A stretch of 64,000 nucleotides of DNA, taken from positions 736,001 to 800,000 of the forward strand of contig JAXGNR010000004.1 in assembly GCA_040767965.1 (NCBI GenBank). Direction: 5' to 3'. This DNA comes from Atribacterota bacterium (GTDB lineage Bacteria; Atribacterota; Phoenicimicrobiia; Phoenicimicrobiales; Stramentimicrobiaceae). The translations under genes and the position numbers were made by a program. Of the stretch, positions 1 through 12,400 are shown one piece after another. Numbering within the stretch: position 1 is the first letter of the stretch; each line of letters starts with the position of its first letter. The notes under the pieces were generated by a model. The model worked only from the letters and a program-made list of their open reading frames with translations. It made no database searches and had not been told where the DNA came from.

Positions 1-834
1 TAAGCCAAGAAAGGCTTGAATATCTGTTAGTGTTTTTATAGAGAAAAAGTTTTCTTTTTTTTGACTTATATAGTATTTTTGTCTTTTTTTATAATATTTA
101 CTGATTTTTCCTTGTGTAATCAGCTTTTCTATCATTATTATTGAATCCCTGGTGGCAGCAGCCTTTTCATACAGCATAAGTTGAGATGCTATCTTCATCT
201 CGTTTTTCATTTCTGTTAAAAGTCTTTTATGCTGCCCTATTAAAAGCATTCTGCATTCTCGCACTTTTTTCTGATAATCTTCTTCAGATATTTTATCTGC
301 ACAAGGAGCAGAACAAAGACCAAGTTGAAAATCCAGACATGCTTTCTTTTGATTGAATTTTCTTTGAGTACAATTTCTAATTTTAAAAATTTCTCTCAAT
401 TTTTTAACAGAATTTTTAACCATTTCAACATCAACAAAAGGTCCATAATAATAATCTTCTGTGGGAATATTTTTATTACTTTTTCTAATAACACGGATAG
501 ATGGATAAATATTTTTTTTGTCTATCTGGATAAATGGATAACTTTTATCATCTTTTAGTTGAGTATTAAAATATGGTTTTTCTTTTTTAACCAGGCTGCT
601 TTCTAAAAGCAATGCTTCCATTTCTGAAGAAGTTAATATATATTCAACATCATAAATTTGTTTTATCAACCTTGAAATTTTAATAGAATGTGAATAATTT
701 TTATTAAAATATGAGTTTACCCGGTCTTGTAAAGAAATAGCTTTTCCTATATAAATAATATTATTCTGTTTATCCTTAAAAAGATACACACCGTTTTTTT
801 TGGGGAGTTGTTTAATTTTTTTTATTATATCCAT
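1..834 (-). CDS. uvrC: Excinuclease ABC subunit C (N-terminal part, runs off window)
   Basis: Manual translation from ATG at 834: MDIIKKIKQLPKKNGVYLFKDKQNNIIYIGKAISLQDRVNSYF...EALLLESSLVKKEKPYFNTQLKDDKSYPFI, a GIY-YIG UvrC N-terminus; follows uvrA. Confidence 0.93.
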   Translation of the reverse strand, partial: MDIIKKIKQLPKKNGVYLFKDKQNNIIYIGKAISLQDRVNSYFNKNYSHSIKISRLIKQIYDVEYILTSSEMEALLLESSLVKKEKPYFNTQLKDDKSYPFIQIDKKNIYPSIRVIRKSNKNIPTEDYYYGPFVDVEMVKNSVKKLREIFKIRNCTQRKFNQKKACLDFQLGLCSAPCADKISEEDYQKKVRECRMLLIGQHKRLLTEMKNEMKIASQLMLYEKAAATRDSIIMIEKLITQGKISKYYKKRQKYYISQKKENFFSIKTLTDIQAFLGL

Positions 835-865
835 AACTATATTATTATAATTTTATATTAATTTA

Positions 866-3688
866 CTATATTAAAACTTTCTTTAAAAATTGACCTGTAT
901 AAGAAGAGTTAAAGTTGATTATTTCTTCAGGACTGCCCTCGAATAAAACTCTGCCACCCTCATTCCCTCCATCTGGTCCCAGATCGATAATATGGTCAGC
1001 TGATTTTATAACATCTAAATTGTGCTCTATTACTAAAACAGTATTGCCTTGATCTACCAGCTTATTCAGGACTTCCAGCAATTTTTTAACATCATCAAAA
1101 TGAAGTCCAGTGGTTGGCTCGTCTAACAAATACAAAGTTTTGCCAGTGCTTTTTTTGCTTAATTCTTTTGCCAGCTTGATCCTTTGAGCTTCTCCACCTG
1201 AAAGAGTACTTGCAGATTGTCCAAGTTTTATATAACCTAAACCGACATCAATCAGAGTTTTTAATATTCTTTTAATTTTAGGTATATTTTCAAAAAATAT
1301 ATCAGCTTCTTCTACGGTCATATTGAGTACTTCAGAAATATTTTTTTCTTTATACTTTATTTCAAGAGTTTCTCTGTTAAACCTTTCTCCTTTGCAGACC
1401 TCACAGGGAATAAAAATATCCGGTAAAAAAAACATCTCAATTTTGACTATTCCAGCTCCTTCACATGATTCACACCTTCCACCTTTTACATTAAAGCTAA
1501 ACCTGCTGGGAGTATAACCTTTCATTTTTGCTAATCTGGTCATAGCAAACAATTCTCTGATTGGAGTAAACACTCCAGTATAAGTTGCAGGATTGGAACG
1601 CGATGTCTTCCCTATAGGAGATTGATCAATTTTAATTACCTTATCAATATTTTCAATTCCTAATATATCTTTATGTTCACCAGGTTTAATTCTGCTATGA
1701 TTTATTTTTTTTATAAGAGCTTTATATAAAATATCCTCGATCAAGGTACTTTTACCTGAGCCCGATACTCCAGTTACACAATTAAATTTTCCAAGTGGAA
1801 TGTTTACATTAATATTTTTAAGATTGAACTGTTTTGCGCCAATTATTTGAATTGTTTTACCATTGCCGACTCTTCTATTTTTGGGAACCGGAACCTGAAT
1901 TTCTTTGCTCAAGTATTTTCCGGTAAGAGATTCTTTGCTGTTCATTATTTTGTTTTCTTTACCCTGGGCTACTAGATAACCTCCATGAATACCGGCACCT
2001 GGACCTAGATCGATTATATGGTCTGCTAGTCGTATTGTATCTTCATCATGCTCTATTACCAATACGGTATTTCCAAGATCTCTTAATTTTATGAGAGTGT
2101 TTAGTAATTTATTGTTATCTCTTTGATGCAAACCAATTGATGGTTCATCTAAAATATACAAAACTCCTGTAAGGCTTGAACCAATTTGAGTAGCTAATCT
2201 TATTCTTTGATTTTCTCCCCCGGCTAGAGAAGCAGAAGAGCGAGAAAGACTTATATAATCAAGTCCTACATTGGATAAAAATGTTAACCTGGAAACAATT
2301 TCTTTTCTGATTTGTCTGGATATTTTTTCTTCTCTATCTTTAATCTTAAGGTTGTTAAAAAAGTATAAAACCTCTTTTACAGTCATATTTGCTAAATCAG
2401 AAATAGAAAGATCATTTATTTTAACCATCAGGCTTTCTTTCCTTAATCTTTTACCGGCGCATGTTGAACAATTATTTATATTCATATATTTTTGTATTTC
2501 TGACCTGATGTATTCAGATTTTGTTTCCCGATATCTTCTTTTTAAGTTATTTATTACACCTTCAAAATCATTTTTATGTATCCAGGCATTGTCATCTTCT
2601 TCATGGTTATATTCATATGTTATTTTAGTTTTACCAGAACCATATAATAAAACATCCTGTTGTTTTTTAGTTAATTTCTTAAAAGGTGTATTAAGGTCAA
2701 AATTATAATGCCTGGCAACACCAGCCAGTATATGATAAATATATTTACCTTTCACACTCCCCCAGGGGGTCAGTGCTCCTTCTAAAACAGAAATGTTTTT
2801 ATCAGGTATAATTAAATCTGGATCAAATTCCATTTTAACTCCCAATCCGCCACAATCCGGGCATGCCCCATACGGACTATTAAAAGAAAATATTCTGGGA
2901 GTTATCTCAGGCATATTGATTCCACAATGAGGACAAGAGTATTTTTCACTGTAAATTGTTTCTTTATTTTCTTCATTTAATACTATAACCAGTCCATCAC
3001 TCAATTGTAAGGCTGCTTCAACAGAACTGCTAATTCTGCTTTTCATCTCTTCAGTTATTATCAGCCTATCAACTACAATATCTATGTCATGCATTTTATA
3101 GCGAGCCAGGTTTATATTATCATCAATTTCTGAAATCTGGCCGTTTATTCTTACCCTGATAAATCCTTTTTTTCTGATCTCCTCAATTACCTGCTTATGC
3201 TCACCCTTTTTTGCTCTAATAACCGGAGATAATATGATTATTTTACTGTTAACGGGCATCTTTATAATGCTATCTACTATCTGATCAACAGATTGTTTTG
3301 ATATTCTTTTCCCACATGAAGGACAATGAGGAACACCAATTCTAGCAAAAAGTAACCGTAAGTAATCATATATTTCTGTTGCCGTGCCTACAGTTGAACG
3401 TGGATTTTTACTTGATTTCCTTTGGTCAATTGATATTGATGGAGATAGACCTTCAATATAATCAACATCAGGCTTATCCATCTTTTCCATAAATTGTCTG
3501 GCATAAGATGAAAGTGATTCAATGTATCTTCTTTGACTCTCTGCGTAAATAGTGTCATAAGCAAGTGAAGACTTGCCTGAACCACTTAATCCTGTTATTA
3601 CAACTAGTTTATTTCTGGGTATTCTTAAAGAAATATTTTTTAAATTGTGTTCCCTAGCACCCTTAATTATAATGTTGCTGGTTGCCAT
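866..3688 (-). CDS. uvrA: Excinuclease ABC subunit A
   Basis: Two ABC ATPase modules ([24 protein letters not shown]), CxxC zinc fingers, 940 aa. Confidence 0.98.
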   Translation of the reverse strand: MATSNIIIKGAREHNLKNISLRIPRNKLVVITGLSGSGKSSLAYDTIYAESQRRYIESLSSYARQFMEKMDKPDVDYIEGLSPSISIDQRKSSKNPRSTVGTATEIYDYLRLLFARIGVPHCPSCGKRISKQSVDQIVDSIIKMPVNSKIIILSPVIRAKKGEHKQVIEEIRKKGFIRVRINGQISEIDDNINLARYKMHDIDIVVDRLIITEEMKSRISSSVEAALQLSDGLVIVLNEENKETIYSEKYSCPHCGINMPEITPRIFSFNSPYGACPDCGGLGVKMEFDPDLIIPDKNISVLEGALTPWGSVKGKYIYHILAGVARHYNFDLNTPFKKLTKKQQDVLLYGSGKTKITYEYNHEEDDNAWIHKNDFEGVINNLKRRYRETKSEYIRSEIQKYMNINNCSTCAGKRLRKESLMVKINDLSISDLANMTVKEVLYFFNNLKIKDREEKISRQIRKEIVSRLTFLSNVGLDYISLSRSSASLAGGENQRIRLATQIGSSLTGVLYILDEPSIGLHQRDNNKLLNTLIKLRDLGNTVLVIEHDEDTIRLADHIIDLGPGAGIHGGYLVAQGKENKIMNSKESLTGKYLSKEIQVPVPKNRRVGNGKTIQIIGAKQFNLKNINVNIPLGKFNCVTGVSGSGKSTLIEDILYKALIKKINHSRIKPGEHKDILGIENIDKVIKIDQSPIGKTSRSNPATYTGVFTPIRELFAMTRLAKMKGYTPSRFSFNVKGGRCESCEGAGIVKIEMFFLPDIFIPCEVCKGERFNRETLEIKYKEKNISEVLNMTVEEADIFFENIPKIKRILKTLIDVGLGYIKLGQSASTLSGGEAQRIKLAKELSKKSTGKTLYLLDEPTTGLHFDDVKKLLEVLNKLVDQGNTVLVIEHNLDVIKSADHIIDLGPDGGNEGGRVLFEGSPEEIINFNSSYTGQFLKKVLI

Positions 3689-3732
3689 ATTTTTTTCTCC
3701 GCTTTATGCAAAAAAACTTAAACTTCAATTAT

Positions 3733-5730
3733 TTAATAATGAAATAATAATTTTTCTTTTTTTAATCTTTTTATTTCATCTCTAAGTAATGCAGCTCTTT
3801 CAAAATCTAATTGCTTAGCAGCTTGTTTCATTTCGTCTGTTAAAGATTTTAGCAAAGCATTCAGGCTGCTTTTTGGCAAATATTTTGTCTTGCTATCCAT
3901 CATTGAATTATTTTTATCCGGAATCAGATCATTATTTTCTTCATATATCAAATCAAAGATCGGTTTTTTGATAGTTCTAGGGGTTATTTTATATTTTTTG
4001 TTATATGCCAATTGTATTTTTCTTCTTCTATTTGTTTCATCAATAGCTCTTTCCATAGAGCCTGTTATTCTATCACAGTATAATATTACTGTACCATTAA
4101 TATTCCTTGCAGCCCTCCCCATAGTTTGTATTAATGAAGTTTCAGATCTTAAAAATCCTTCTTTATCAGCATCAAGAATGGCAACAAGGGCTACTTCCGG
4201 TAAATCTAATCCTTCTCTCAACAAATTTACTCCAACCAGCACATCATACTCGCCTTCTCTGAGTCCTTTCAAAATCTTTATTCTTTCTAATGTATCAATT
4301 TCCGAATGAAGATATCTTACTTTTATTCCTATTTTTTTTAAATATTCCGCAGTGTCTTCAGCCATTCTTTTGGTTAAAGTTGTCACTAATATTCTTTCTT
4401 GCTTTTTTACTCTTGCTTTTACTTCTGAGATTAAATCATCAATCTGGAATTCAGCTGAACGTATTTCAACTTCAGGATCAGCCAAACCAGTAGGTCTGAT
4501 AATTTGTTCAACGATCTGTTGGCTTTCCTCTAATTCATATTTTGCAGGGGTTGCAGAAACAAAAAGAACTTTTTTCATATATTCTTTAAATTCTTCAAAC
4601 ACTAATGGTCTGTTATCGTAAGCAGAAGGTAATCGAAATCCATACTTTACTAAACTGTCTTTTCTAGATTTATCACCTGCATACATTCCTCTTATTTGGG
4701 GTATTGTAACATGAGATTCATCAATAATTATTAAAAAAGGTTCTGAGAAATAGTCTAATAGTGTCGCAGGCGGTTCACCTGGTTTTCTGCCACTTAAGTG
4801 CCTTGAGTAATTTTCTATTCCAGAACAATAGCCAACCTGAGAAAGCATTTCCAAATCATAGTTGGTTCTTTGTTTTAATCTTTCTGCTTCTAATATTTTT
4901 TTATTCTTCTTTAAATATTCTAATTGTTCTTCTAATTCAGCTTTTATATTTTTAATTGCCTCTATTACTCTTTCATGAGTAGTAACAAAATGCTTTGCAG
5001 GATATACTATTATTTTTTCTTTTTTATTTATTTTTTGGCCAGTTAATGGATTTATTTCAAAAATAGATTCTATAATATCTCCAAACATCTCAATGCGAAA
5101 CGCGTTTTCCAAATAGGCAGGAAATATTTCTACTATATCTCCCCTTATCCGAAAACGGCTTCTTTGAAAATCATAATCATTTCTCTCATACTGTATATCT
5201 ACAAGTTTTTTTATAATTTCATTACGATCTATTTTCTGGTTTTCTGATACCATCAACACTAATTTTGAAAAATCGCCAGGAGATCCTAATCCATAAATAC
5301 ATGAAACGCTTGATACGATTATTACATCGTTTCTTTCAAGTAAGGATGCAGTTGCCGCTAATCTCAATCGATCTATCTCTTCGTTAATAGAAGAATCTTT
5401 TTCAATATAAGTGTCTGTGCGGGCAATATATGCTTCTGGCTGATAATAGTCATAATAACTCACAAAATAGCCAACGGCATTATCGGGAAAATATCTTTTA
5501 AATTCATTACACAATTGAGCAGCTAAAGTTTTATTATGGGAAATAACAAGAGTTGGCATTTGCATTTTTTGAATAATATTAGCCATAGTAAAAGTTTTTC
5601 CAGATCCGGTAACACCTAACAATGTTTGGATTTCCTGGTTATTTTGAAAACCAGTCCATATTTTATTGATTGCCTGAGGTTGATCTCCCTGTGGGGGATA
5701 ATCAGCTACTAATTGAAATTGTTTTTTCAC
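3733..5730 (-). CDS. uvrB: Excinuclease ABC subunit B
   Basis: [18 protein letters not shown] beta-hairpin, DESH, C-terminal UVR domain (FERAALLRD). Confidence 0.98.
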   Translation of the reverse strand: MKKQFQLVADYPPQGDQPQAINKIWTGFQNNQEIQTLLGVTGSGKTFTMANIIQKMQMPTLVISHNKTLAAQLCNEFKRYFPDNAVGYFVSYYDYYQPEAYIARTDTYIEKDSSINEEIDRLRLAATASLLERNDVIIVSSVSCIYGLGSPGDFSKLVLMVSENQKIDRNEIIKKLVDIQYERNDYDFQRSRFRIRGDIVEIFPAYLENAFRIEMFGDIIESIFEINPLTGQKINKKEKIIVYPAKHFVTTHERVIEAIKNIKAELEEQLEYLKKNKKILEAERLKQRTNYDLEMLSQVGYCSGIENYSRHLSGRKPGEPPATLLDYFSEPFLIIIDESHVTIPQIRGMYAGDKSRKDSLVKYGFRLPSAYDNRPLVFEEFKEYMKKVLFVSATPAKYELEESQQIVEQIIRPTGLADPEVEIRSAEFQIDDLISEVKARVKKQERILVTTLTKRMAEDTAEYLKKIGIKVRYLHSEIDTLERIKILKGLREGEYDVLVGVNLLREGLDLPEVALVAILDADKEGFLRSETSLIQTMGRAARNINGTVILYCDRITGSMERAIDETNRRRKIQLAYNKKYKITPRTIKKPIFDLIYEENNDLIPDKNNSMMDSKTKYLPKSSLNALLKSLTDEMKQAAKQLDFERAALLRDEIKRLKKEKLLFHY

Positions 5731-5929
5731 TTAAAAAATATTACCTCAAATAAATATAATGAATAGTTTTAATGATTCCGGTATTTTACCAAAAATAAAT
5801 TATATCATAAAATAATATTTAGTCATGGGGTTTTTATTGTCAATTCATATGAACAACATAAAATAAAGCAGAACAGAATGATATTTTTATAGTTTTTAAA
5901 TATACAATTTAGAAAAAGCAGATAAGCTG

Positions 5930-6541
5930 CTAAATAAAAGTATTTAGCTCTTTCCATAATTTTATTACTTGTTCTTTAGTGTTTTCAATACTTTTACTAT
6001 TATCTATAACATAATCTGCAAGTTTTATCTTATCCTGCATAGGCATTTGGCTTTCAATCCTTTTTATAGCTTCATCATTGTTTAGCCCATTTCTTGTTTT
6101 TAGCCTTGTAAGTTGTTGTTCCCAGTCTAAGTATACCACAATTATTTTATCCATAATATTATCTGTTTTTGTCTCAAAAAGTAAAGGGATATCAATTATG
6201 CAGATTCTTTCATTTTCTGAATTATTTTTTATTTCTTTTATCTTTTTTTTGATATTGTTTATTATTTCAGGATGAGTAATACTGTTTAATAGTTTCAATT
6301 TTCTGTTGTCAGAAAAAACTATATCTGCCATTTTTTTTCGGTCGATCTCATTGTTTTCATTCAAAATTTCTTTCCCGAAATTTTTAATAATCATTTTCCA
6401 TGATTTTCTCCCCGGTAAAACCATTTGACGGGCAATCATATCAGCATCAATAATAATAGCACCTAATTGCTGAAATATTTTTGCAACTGTACTTTTACCG
6501 GTAACTATGCCTCCAGTAAGTCCCACGACAAGTACTTTCAT
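5930..6541 (-). CDS. coaE: Dephospho-CoA kinase
   Basis: GLTGGIVTGKSTV P-loop, DAD, THP, DIPLLFE; likely start at ATG 6541, just after the polA stop. Confidence 0.95.
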   Translation of the reverse strand: MKVLVVGLTGGIVTGKSTVAKIFQQLGAIIIDADMIARQMVLPGRKSWKMIIKNFGKEILNENNEIDRKKMADIVFSDNRKLKLLNSITHPEIINNIKKKIKEIKNNSENERICIIDIPLLFETKTDNIMDKIIVVYLDWEQQLTRLKTRNGLNNDEAIKRIESQMPMQDKIKLADYVIDNSKSIENTKEQVIKLWKELNTFI

Positions 6542-6546
6542 AATAT

Positions 6547-9237
6547 TTAATCCAATTCCCCCCATCGGTAACCTGTTTTGAAATTTACTTTTAAAGGAAC
6601 ATTTAATTTTAAACTATTTTCCATTATTTTTTTAATAATTTTTTTTCTTTTTTGCAATTCAATAGCAGGGATTTCAAATATTAATTCATCGTGTATTTGT
6701 AAAATTAAGTTACTTTTTAAATTATTCTTAACCATCTGTTGCTCTATCTTTACCATGGCAATTTTTATTAAATCTGCTGCTGTTCCCTGGATGGGTGTAT
6801 TTACAGCAGCTCTTTCAAAAAACTCCCTTATATTTTTATTAGGACTATCAATTCCCTCCAAGTATCTGATACGATTCAACATTGTTCGTACTATTTTATC
6901 TTTTCTAGCATTTTTAATCTGTTTATTAATGTATTCTTTTACATTAAAATATTTTTGGAAATAAGCGTCAATATAATTTTGAGCTTCGATATTTGAGATG
7001 CCAAGATTATTTGAAAGACCATAACTGCTCATACCATATATAATTCCAAAATTTATTACTTTTGCAATTCTACGCATTTCATCACTAACCGCATCCAGAT
7101 CTACATTGAAAACATTTGCAGCAGTATATGTGTGCACATCCTGATCTTTCGAAAATGCTTCAATTAGACTCATATCATTAGATAAATGTGCTAAGATACG
7201 TAGTTCGATTTGAGAATAATCTGCCGAGAGATAAATGCAGCCATTATCAGCTATAAATGCATTCCTGATTTCCTTTCCTAACTCAGTTCTGATAGGAATA
7301 TTTTGCAAGTTAGGATTATTACTGCTAAGCCTTCCTGTTGATGTGCCTGTCTGATTAAAGGAAGCGTGAATACGTCCTGTTTTAGAATTAATTAATTTTG
7401 GTAATTTATCAATATAAGTATTTTTTAATTTTTCCAATTCCCGGAAATGAAGTATTTTGGCAACTATTATGTGCTCTTCTGATAATTTTGTTAAAACATT
7501 TGCATTTGTTGAATAGCCAGTTTTTATTTTTTTTATGACAGGTAGTCCTAATTTTTCAAACAAGATAACGCTCAATTGTTTAGGAGAATTAAGGTTAAAT
7601 GTTTCTCCTGAAATTTCAAATATTTCTTTTTTAATATTATCTATTTCTACGGCAAATTTTTGAGACATTTCCTTCAAAAAAATACTGTCTATTTTTATTC
7701 CTTTTTTTTCCATATTACAGATAATATTAATTAGTGGAATCTCTACTTCTTTGTAAAGTGCTATCAGTTCATTTTTTTGCATTTCCTGAAGCATCATTTT
7801 TTCCAAAGGTATCAATTTACCAGTCTGCCAGCAAAAAGCTATTTCCTCTTCTTGGTCATTTTTACAATCTTCTGTGATATGTAAATAATTTTCATCATTT
7901 GTATTGTTAAAATATTTTTTTATAATTTCTTTTAAATTTATATTTTCCTGGGTAGGATTCAATAAATAAAAGGCGATTTTTAGATCGGAAAAAGGTTCAA
8001 AAAAGTCGCTTTGAATGTCCAGAAAATAAAACAAAGTATCCTTCAAATCAAAACCGATCTTTTTGATTTTTTTACTTTGAAACAAAGGATAAAGCAACTC
8101 AATTATTTTTTCCTTGGAAATAGCATTCTTCTCCTTTAGCAAAATATCTCCACTTGAGACATAAATTAAATAAATACTGTCATTTTCCAGAGTAATTGCT
8201 ATTTTTTTCAATATTTTTTCATTGTTACAATAAGATATATCAAGCAAGAAAGCAAAATATTCTCTATTTTTAATTTTATCTGTTAATATTTTTAAATCTT
8301 GCTCATTATTAATATTTTTGTAATTAGTTGTATCATGAGTACTGAAGCTATTTTTTTGTAATTTCTCCCCTGGTATTTTTTCTAATAGTTTTTTAAATTC
8401 ATATTTTTCAAAAATATCTTTTAATTTATAATAATCAGGTTCTTTATAAATCAAATTATTGATTTCCAGATTTAATTTCATGTCTTTTTTTATAACAGCC
8501 AGGCTTCTGCTTAAGAAAGCTTCCTCTTGACTATTTTCTATTTTATTTTTTACAGCTTTGCTTTTGATTTTATCTAAATTAGCAAATATTTTTTCCAAAT
8601 TACCGAAATCGGCTATTAATTTTTTGGCGGTTTTTTCTCCAATCCCTGCAATACCAGGAATATTATCAGAAGAGTCTCCTTTTAAACCAATATAATCAGG
8701 TATTAACCCGGGTGGAAATCCTAACATATTTTTTACAGTTTCCAAATTGTGTTGTTTAACCTGGGTTATGCCTTTTTGCATCAGTACTATTTCTGTATTC
8801 TCACTGATTAATTGCAATAAGTCTCGATCACCGGTAACAATAATTTTTTTAAAATCAGATATTTTTTCATTTTGAACAATAGAGCCAATGATATCATCAG
8901 CTTCATATTCCTCTACGGCAACAGAAGGGATTTGAAATGCATCTACTATTTTCTTTATGATAGGTAGTTGATCTATCAATTCCTGTGGCATTTTTTCCCT
9001 TTGTGCTTTATACTGACCATATATTTTATGCCTAAAAGTAGGCTTTGGAGAATCAAATGCAATAACTATGCCATCAGGGTGATATTCTTCCAATATTTTG
9101 ATGATCAATAATGTAAATCCATAAGCAGCGTTAATTGGCTGGCCAAAAGTAGTAGTTAATTTTGGTAAAGCAAAATAAGCCCTATAAATCAATCCTTGTC
9201 CATCAATCAGATATAATTCTTTTTTTTTACTGTCCAT
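6547..9237 (-). CDS. polA: DNA polymerase I
   Basis: 5'-3' exonuclease (LIDG, EADD, GDRD, GDSSDNIPG), degenerate 3'-5' exonuclease domain, polymerase motifs DYSQIELR, KVINFGIIYG, QIHDEL. Confidence 0.98.
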   Translation of the reverse strand: MDSKKKELYLIDGQGLIYRAYFALPKLTTTFGQPINAAYGFTLLIIKILEEYHPDGIVIAFDSPKPTFRHKIYGQYKAQREKMPQELIDQLPIIKKIVDAFQIPSVAVEEYEADDIIGSIVQNEKISDFKKIIVTGDRDLLQLISENTEIVLMQKGITQVKQHNLETVKNMLGFPPGLIPDYIGLKGDSSDNIPGIAGIGEKTAKKLIADFGNLEKIFANLDKIKSKAVKNKIENSQEEAFLSRSLAVIKKDMKLNLEINNLIYKEPDYYKLKDIFEKYEFKKLLEKIPGEKLQKNSFSTHDTTNYKNINNEQDLKILTDKIKNREYFAFLLDISYCNNEKILKKIAITLENDSIYLIYVSSGDILLKEKNAISKEKIIELLYPLFQSKKIKKIGFDLKDTLFYFLDIQSDFFEPFSDLKIAFYLLNPTQENINLKEIIKKYFNNTNDENYLHITEDCKNDQEEEIAFCWQTGKLIPLEKMMLQEMQKNELIALYKEVEIPLINIICNMEKKGIKIDSIFLKEMSQKFAVEIDNIKKEIFEISGETFNLNSPKQLSVILFEKLGLPVIKKIKTGYSTNANVLTKLSEEHIIVAKILHFRELEKLKNTYIDKLPKLINSKTGRIHASFNQTGTSTGRLSSNNPNLQNIPIRTELGKEIRNAFIADNGCIYLSADYSQIELRILAHLSNDMSLIEAFSKDQDVHTYTAANVFNVDLDAVSDEMRRIAKVINFGIIYGMSSYGLSNNLGISNIEAQNYIDAYFQKYFNVKEYINKQIKNARKDKIVRTMLNRIRYLEGIDSPNKNIREFFERAAVNTPIQGTAADLIKIAMVKIEQQMVKNNLKSNLILQIHDELIFEIPAIELQKRKKIIKKIMENSLKLNVPLKVNFKTGYRWGELD

Positions 9238-9294
9238 TTTTTTCTTTCGCTATATTATTAATAATAAGTCTATCTATAATTATTTTATACTTGC

Positions 9295-9323
9295 TTGACA
9301 TTACACATAGACTAAATTATAAT
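9295..9323 (+). promoter_or_regulatory. Consensus sigma70 promoter of tRNA-Leu
   Basis: TTGACA (9295-9300), 17 bp spacer, TATAAT (9318-9323), about 30 bp upstream of the tRNA. Confidence 0.85.
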
Positions 9324-9352
9324 CTTTTTGTGTAATTTTATATATTTTAATT

Positions 9353-9441
9353 GCCGAAGTGGCGAAATTGGTAGACGCACTGGACTCAAAATCCAGCGGG
9401 CCTCACAGCTCATGTCGGTTCGACTCCGACCTTCGGCACCA
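9353..9441 (+). tRNA. tRNA-Leu(CAA)
   Basis: GCCGAAG/CTTCGGC acceptor stem, anticodon arm CTGGA-CTCAAAA-TCCAG, long variable arm, GGTTCGACTCC T-arm, encoded CCA. Confidence 0.96.
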
Positions 9442-9446
9442 CTACT

Positions 9447-12400
9447 TCAAGCAGTCTTTTCAAACCAAACTTTCCCCTTTGTCAAAAAATCTTTAATTTC
9501 TTCAATAATATTTTGATCGTATTTTATCCCGAAATCATTGCCAATTTTCTGGCAAAAAGTTTTTTTAGAAGTCTTGTAGTGCAAAATAATTGGATTATTT
9601 CCAGGATACTTAGTGAAAATATTTTTTAACTTATGCAGTTTTTTTAAATCCATGCTATCCATTTCTGTTTCAATATGGAGACAATATTTTTTGTTAGTAT
9701 TCTCATTGTCAATGGTAATGTTTTTAAATATTGGTGCTTTTTTCTTCTTTTTATAATCTTCAATGGGAACTATTGATTCAGCTAATATTTTTGCACTGAA
9801 TTCACCAATATCGAGTTTTCCTTCCACAATAACTATATTTTCTTCAGTAATTATATCTTTATGATCTTCAAATGTTTTGGGAAATACAATAATATCAACA
9901 GTACCTTCAAAGTCTTCTAAAACAAAATATGCCATCATATTACCATTTTTAGTTGTTTTTTTCCTTATTCCGCTAATTATCCCGCCCATAATTACATGGC
10001 TTTTATCCTCATAATCAGGTAATCGGGAGGTTGACGCATCTGTTATTTTCTTTATTTTTTCCTTATAATCATCAAGAGGATGTTTTGATAAGTAAAAACC
10101 AAGGATTTCTTTTTCCATCGTTAAAAGCTCCTGGTCATTAAACTCATCAATATCAGGTAATGAAAAATTTTCACGAATTATATTATTTTCACTGTTATTA
10201 TCACTAATTAATGCAAAAATATTCGTTTGTCCGTTTCTTTTTTCTTTTTCTGCTTCATGCCCCAAATTGATGGCATGTTCTAATATAGATAACAATTGTG
10301 ATCTTTTAGCTTTGGTAGAATCAAAAGCGCCACATTTTATCAAGCTTTCTATAGTTCTACGGTTCATGGTTTTCAAATCTACTCTGCGACAAAAATCAAA
10401 CAAAGAAGTAAAACAACCTTTTTCATTGCGCTCTATGATTATGTTTTCTATAGCAGCGTTTCCGACATTTTTTACCGCAGCTAATCCAAAACGAATGGAT
10501 TGCTTGTCAACAACAGTAAAATCTATCAGGCTTTCATTTATGTCAGGAGGTAATATTTTTATATTAATATTCTGACTTTCTTTTATATATTTAACTACTT
10601 TATCAGTATTCTGCATTATACTTGTTAGCAAAGCAGCCATATATTCTACAGGGTAATGAGCTTTCAAATAGGCAGTTTGGTAAGATATGTATGCATAAGA
10701 AACACTATGAGATTTATTAAACCCATATCCAGCGAAATAATCTATCAAATCAAATATCTCATTGGCAGTTTCTTTACTGATGCCATTCTTTACTGCTCCT
10801 TCAGTAAATAACTGATGTTGTTTATTCATAATTTCTTTTACTTTTTTACCCATGGCTTTTCTTAAAATATCTGCTTGACCCAGGGAATATCCTGCTAATT
10901 CACTTGCAATTTGCATAACTTGTTCCTGATAAACAATAACTCCGTAAGTATCTTTTAAAATTGGCTCTAGGCTGGGGTGAAGGTATTTAATATCAATCTT
11001 CCCTTTTTTACGATCAATAAAATCATCAATCATTCCACTACCTAGAGGGCCAGGTCTAAACAAAGCCAAAAGGGCAGTAATATCTTCAATGTTTTTTGGT
11101 TCCATTCTTTTTACTAAATCTATCATACCTGAACTCTCTAACTGGAACAGACCACAACAGTCTCCTTTAGCTAAAAGCTGATACGTCTTTTTGTCATCAA
11201 GAGGTATTTCATCAATATTTAGCTCTTTTTTTCTGGTTTTACGAATTATTTTTAAGGTATTATTAATAACAGAAAGTGTTCTCAAACCTAAAAAATCCAT
11301 TTTTAATAGGCCTAATGATTCTAAGTCTTCTGCTGCATACTGTGTTGAAGTTTCGCCGTCAGTGGTTAATTGAAGAGGTACGAAATCAGTTAAAGGATCT
11401 CTGGATAAAACAACTCCAGCAGCGTGTGTCGAAGCATGTCTGGATAATCCTTCTAATTTTGCTGATACTTCTATCATTTTTTTTATTTGAGGATCATCTT
11501 CCATCCTGTTTTTTAATTCCGGTTCGATTTGTAAAGCCTTCTTTATAGTCATCTTTGGGTCCATAGGAATTAATTTGGCTATTTTGTCAACTTGTCCATA
11601 AGGGATTCCCAATGATCTTCCTACATCTCTAATGGCAGCCCGGGCTGCCATAGTACCAAAAGTAATGATCTGGGAAACTTTATCACGACCATATTTATTA
11701 CTTACGTATTCTATTACTTCTCCTCTGCCTTCATAACTAAAATCGATGTCAAAATCTGGCATGCTGATTCTTTCCGGATTCAGAAATCGTTCAAACAATA
11801 ATTTATATTGCAATGGATTAATGTTTGTAATACTCAAGCAATAAGCAACTAAGCTGCCCGCTGCAGAACCTCTACCTGGCCCAACCATTATTTTGTGTTT
11901 TTTAGCATAATTAACAAAATCCCATACTATCAAAAAATAAGTTGAAAACCCCATTTTTTCTATAACAGAAAGCTCATAATCAAGTCTTCTTCTAATTTTA
12001 TCATTCAAATCAGGGAATTTGTTTTTTGCACCTTCGTAACAGATTTTTCTTAAATACTCATTATCAGTCAGATTATCAGGTAAGTTAAATTCAGGTAAAT
12101 GGGCAGTTCGAAAATCAATTTCCAAATTACATGATTCTGCAATCTTTAAAGTATTTTCCAGCGCCTCTGGAATATCAATAAATTGTTTTTCCATTTCTTC
12201 CGGAGTATTAAAATAAAACTCATCAGTGCTCAGTCTCATTCTGGTGGGATCATCCAGATTAGTTGCTGTTTGGATACATAATAAGATATCATGTGCTTCC
12301 CTGTCTTCACGATTTATATAGTGAACATCATTTGTAGCAACCAGCGGTATGTTTAAAGATTTCCCTAGTTTGATGAGTTCTTTATTTACAGCTATTTGTT

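Noticed and set aside
5731-5929. LexA/SOS box upstream of uvrB
   Set aside because: GAAC half-sites are present but there is no GAAC-N4-GTTC or CTGT-N8-ACAG dyad.
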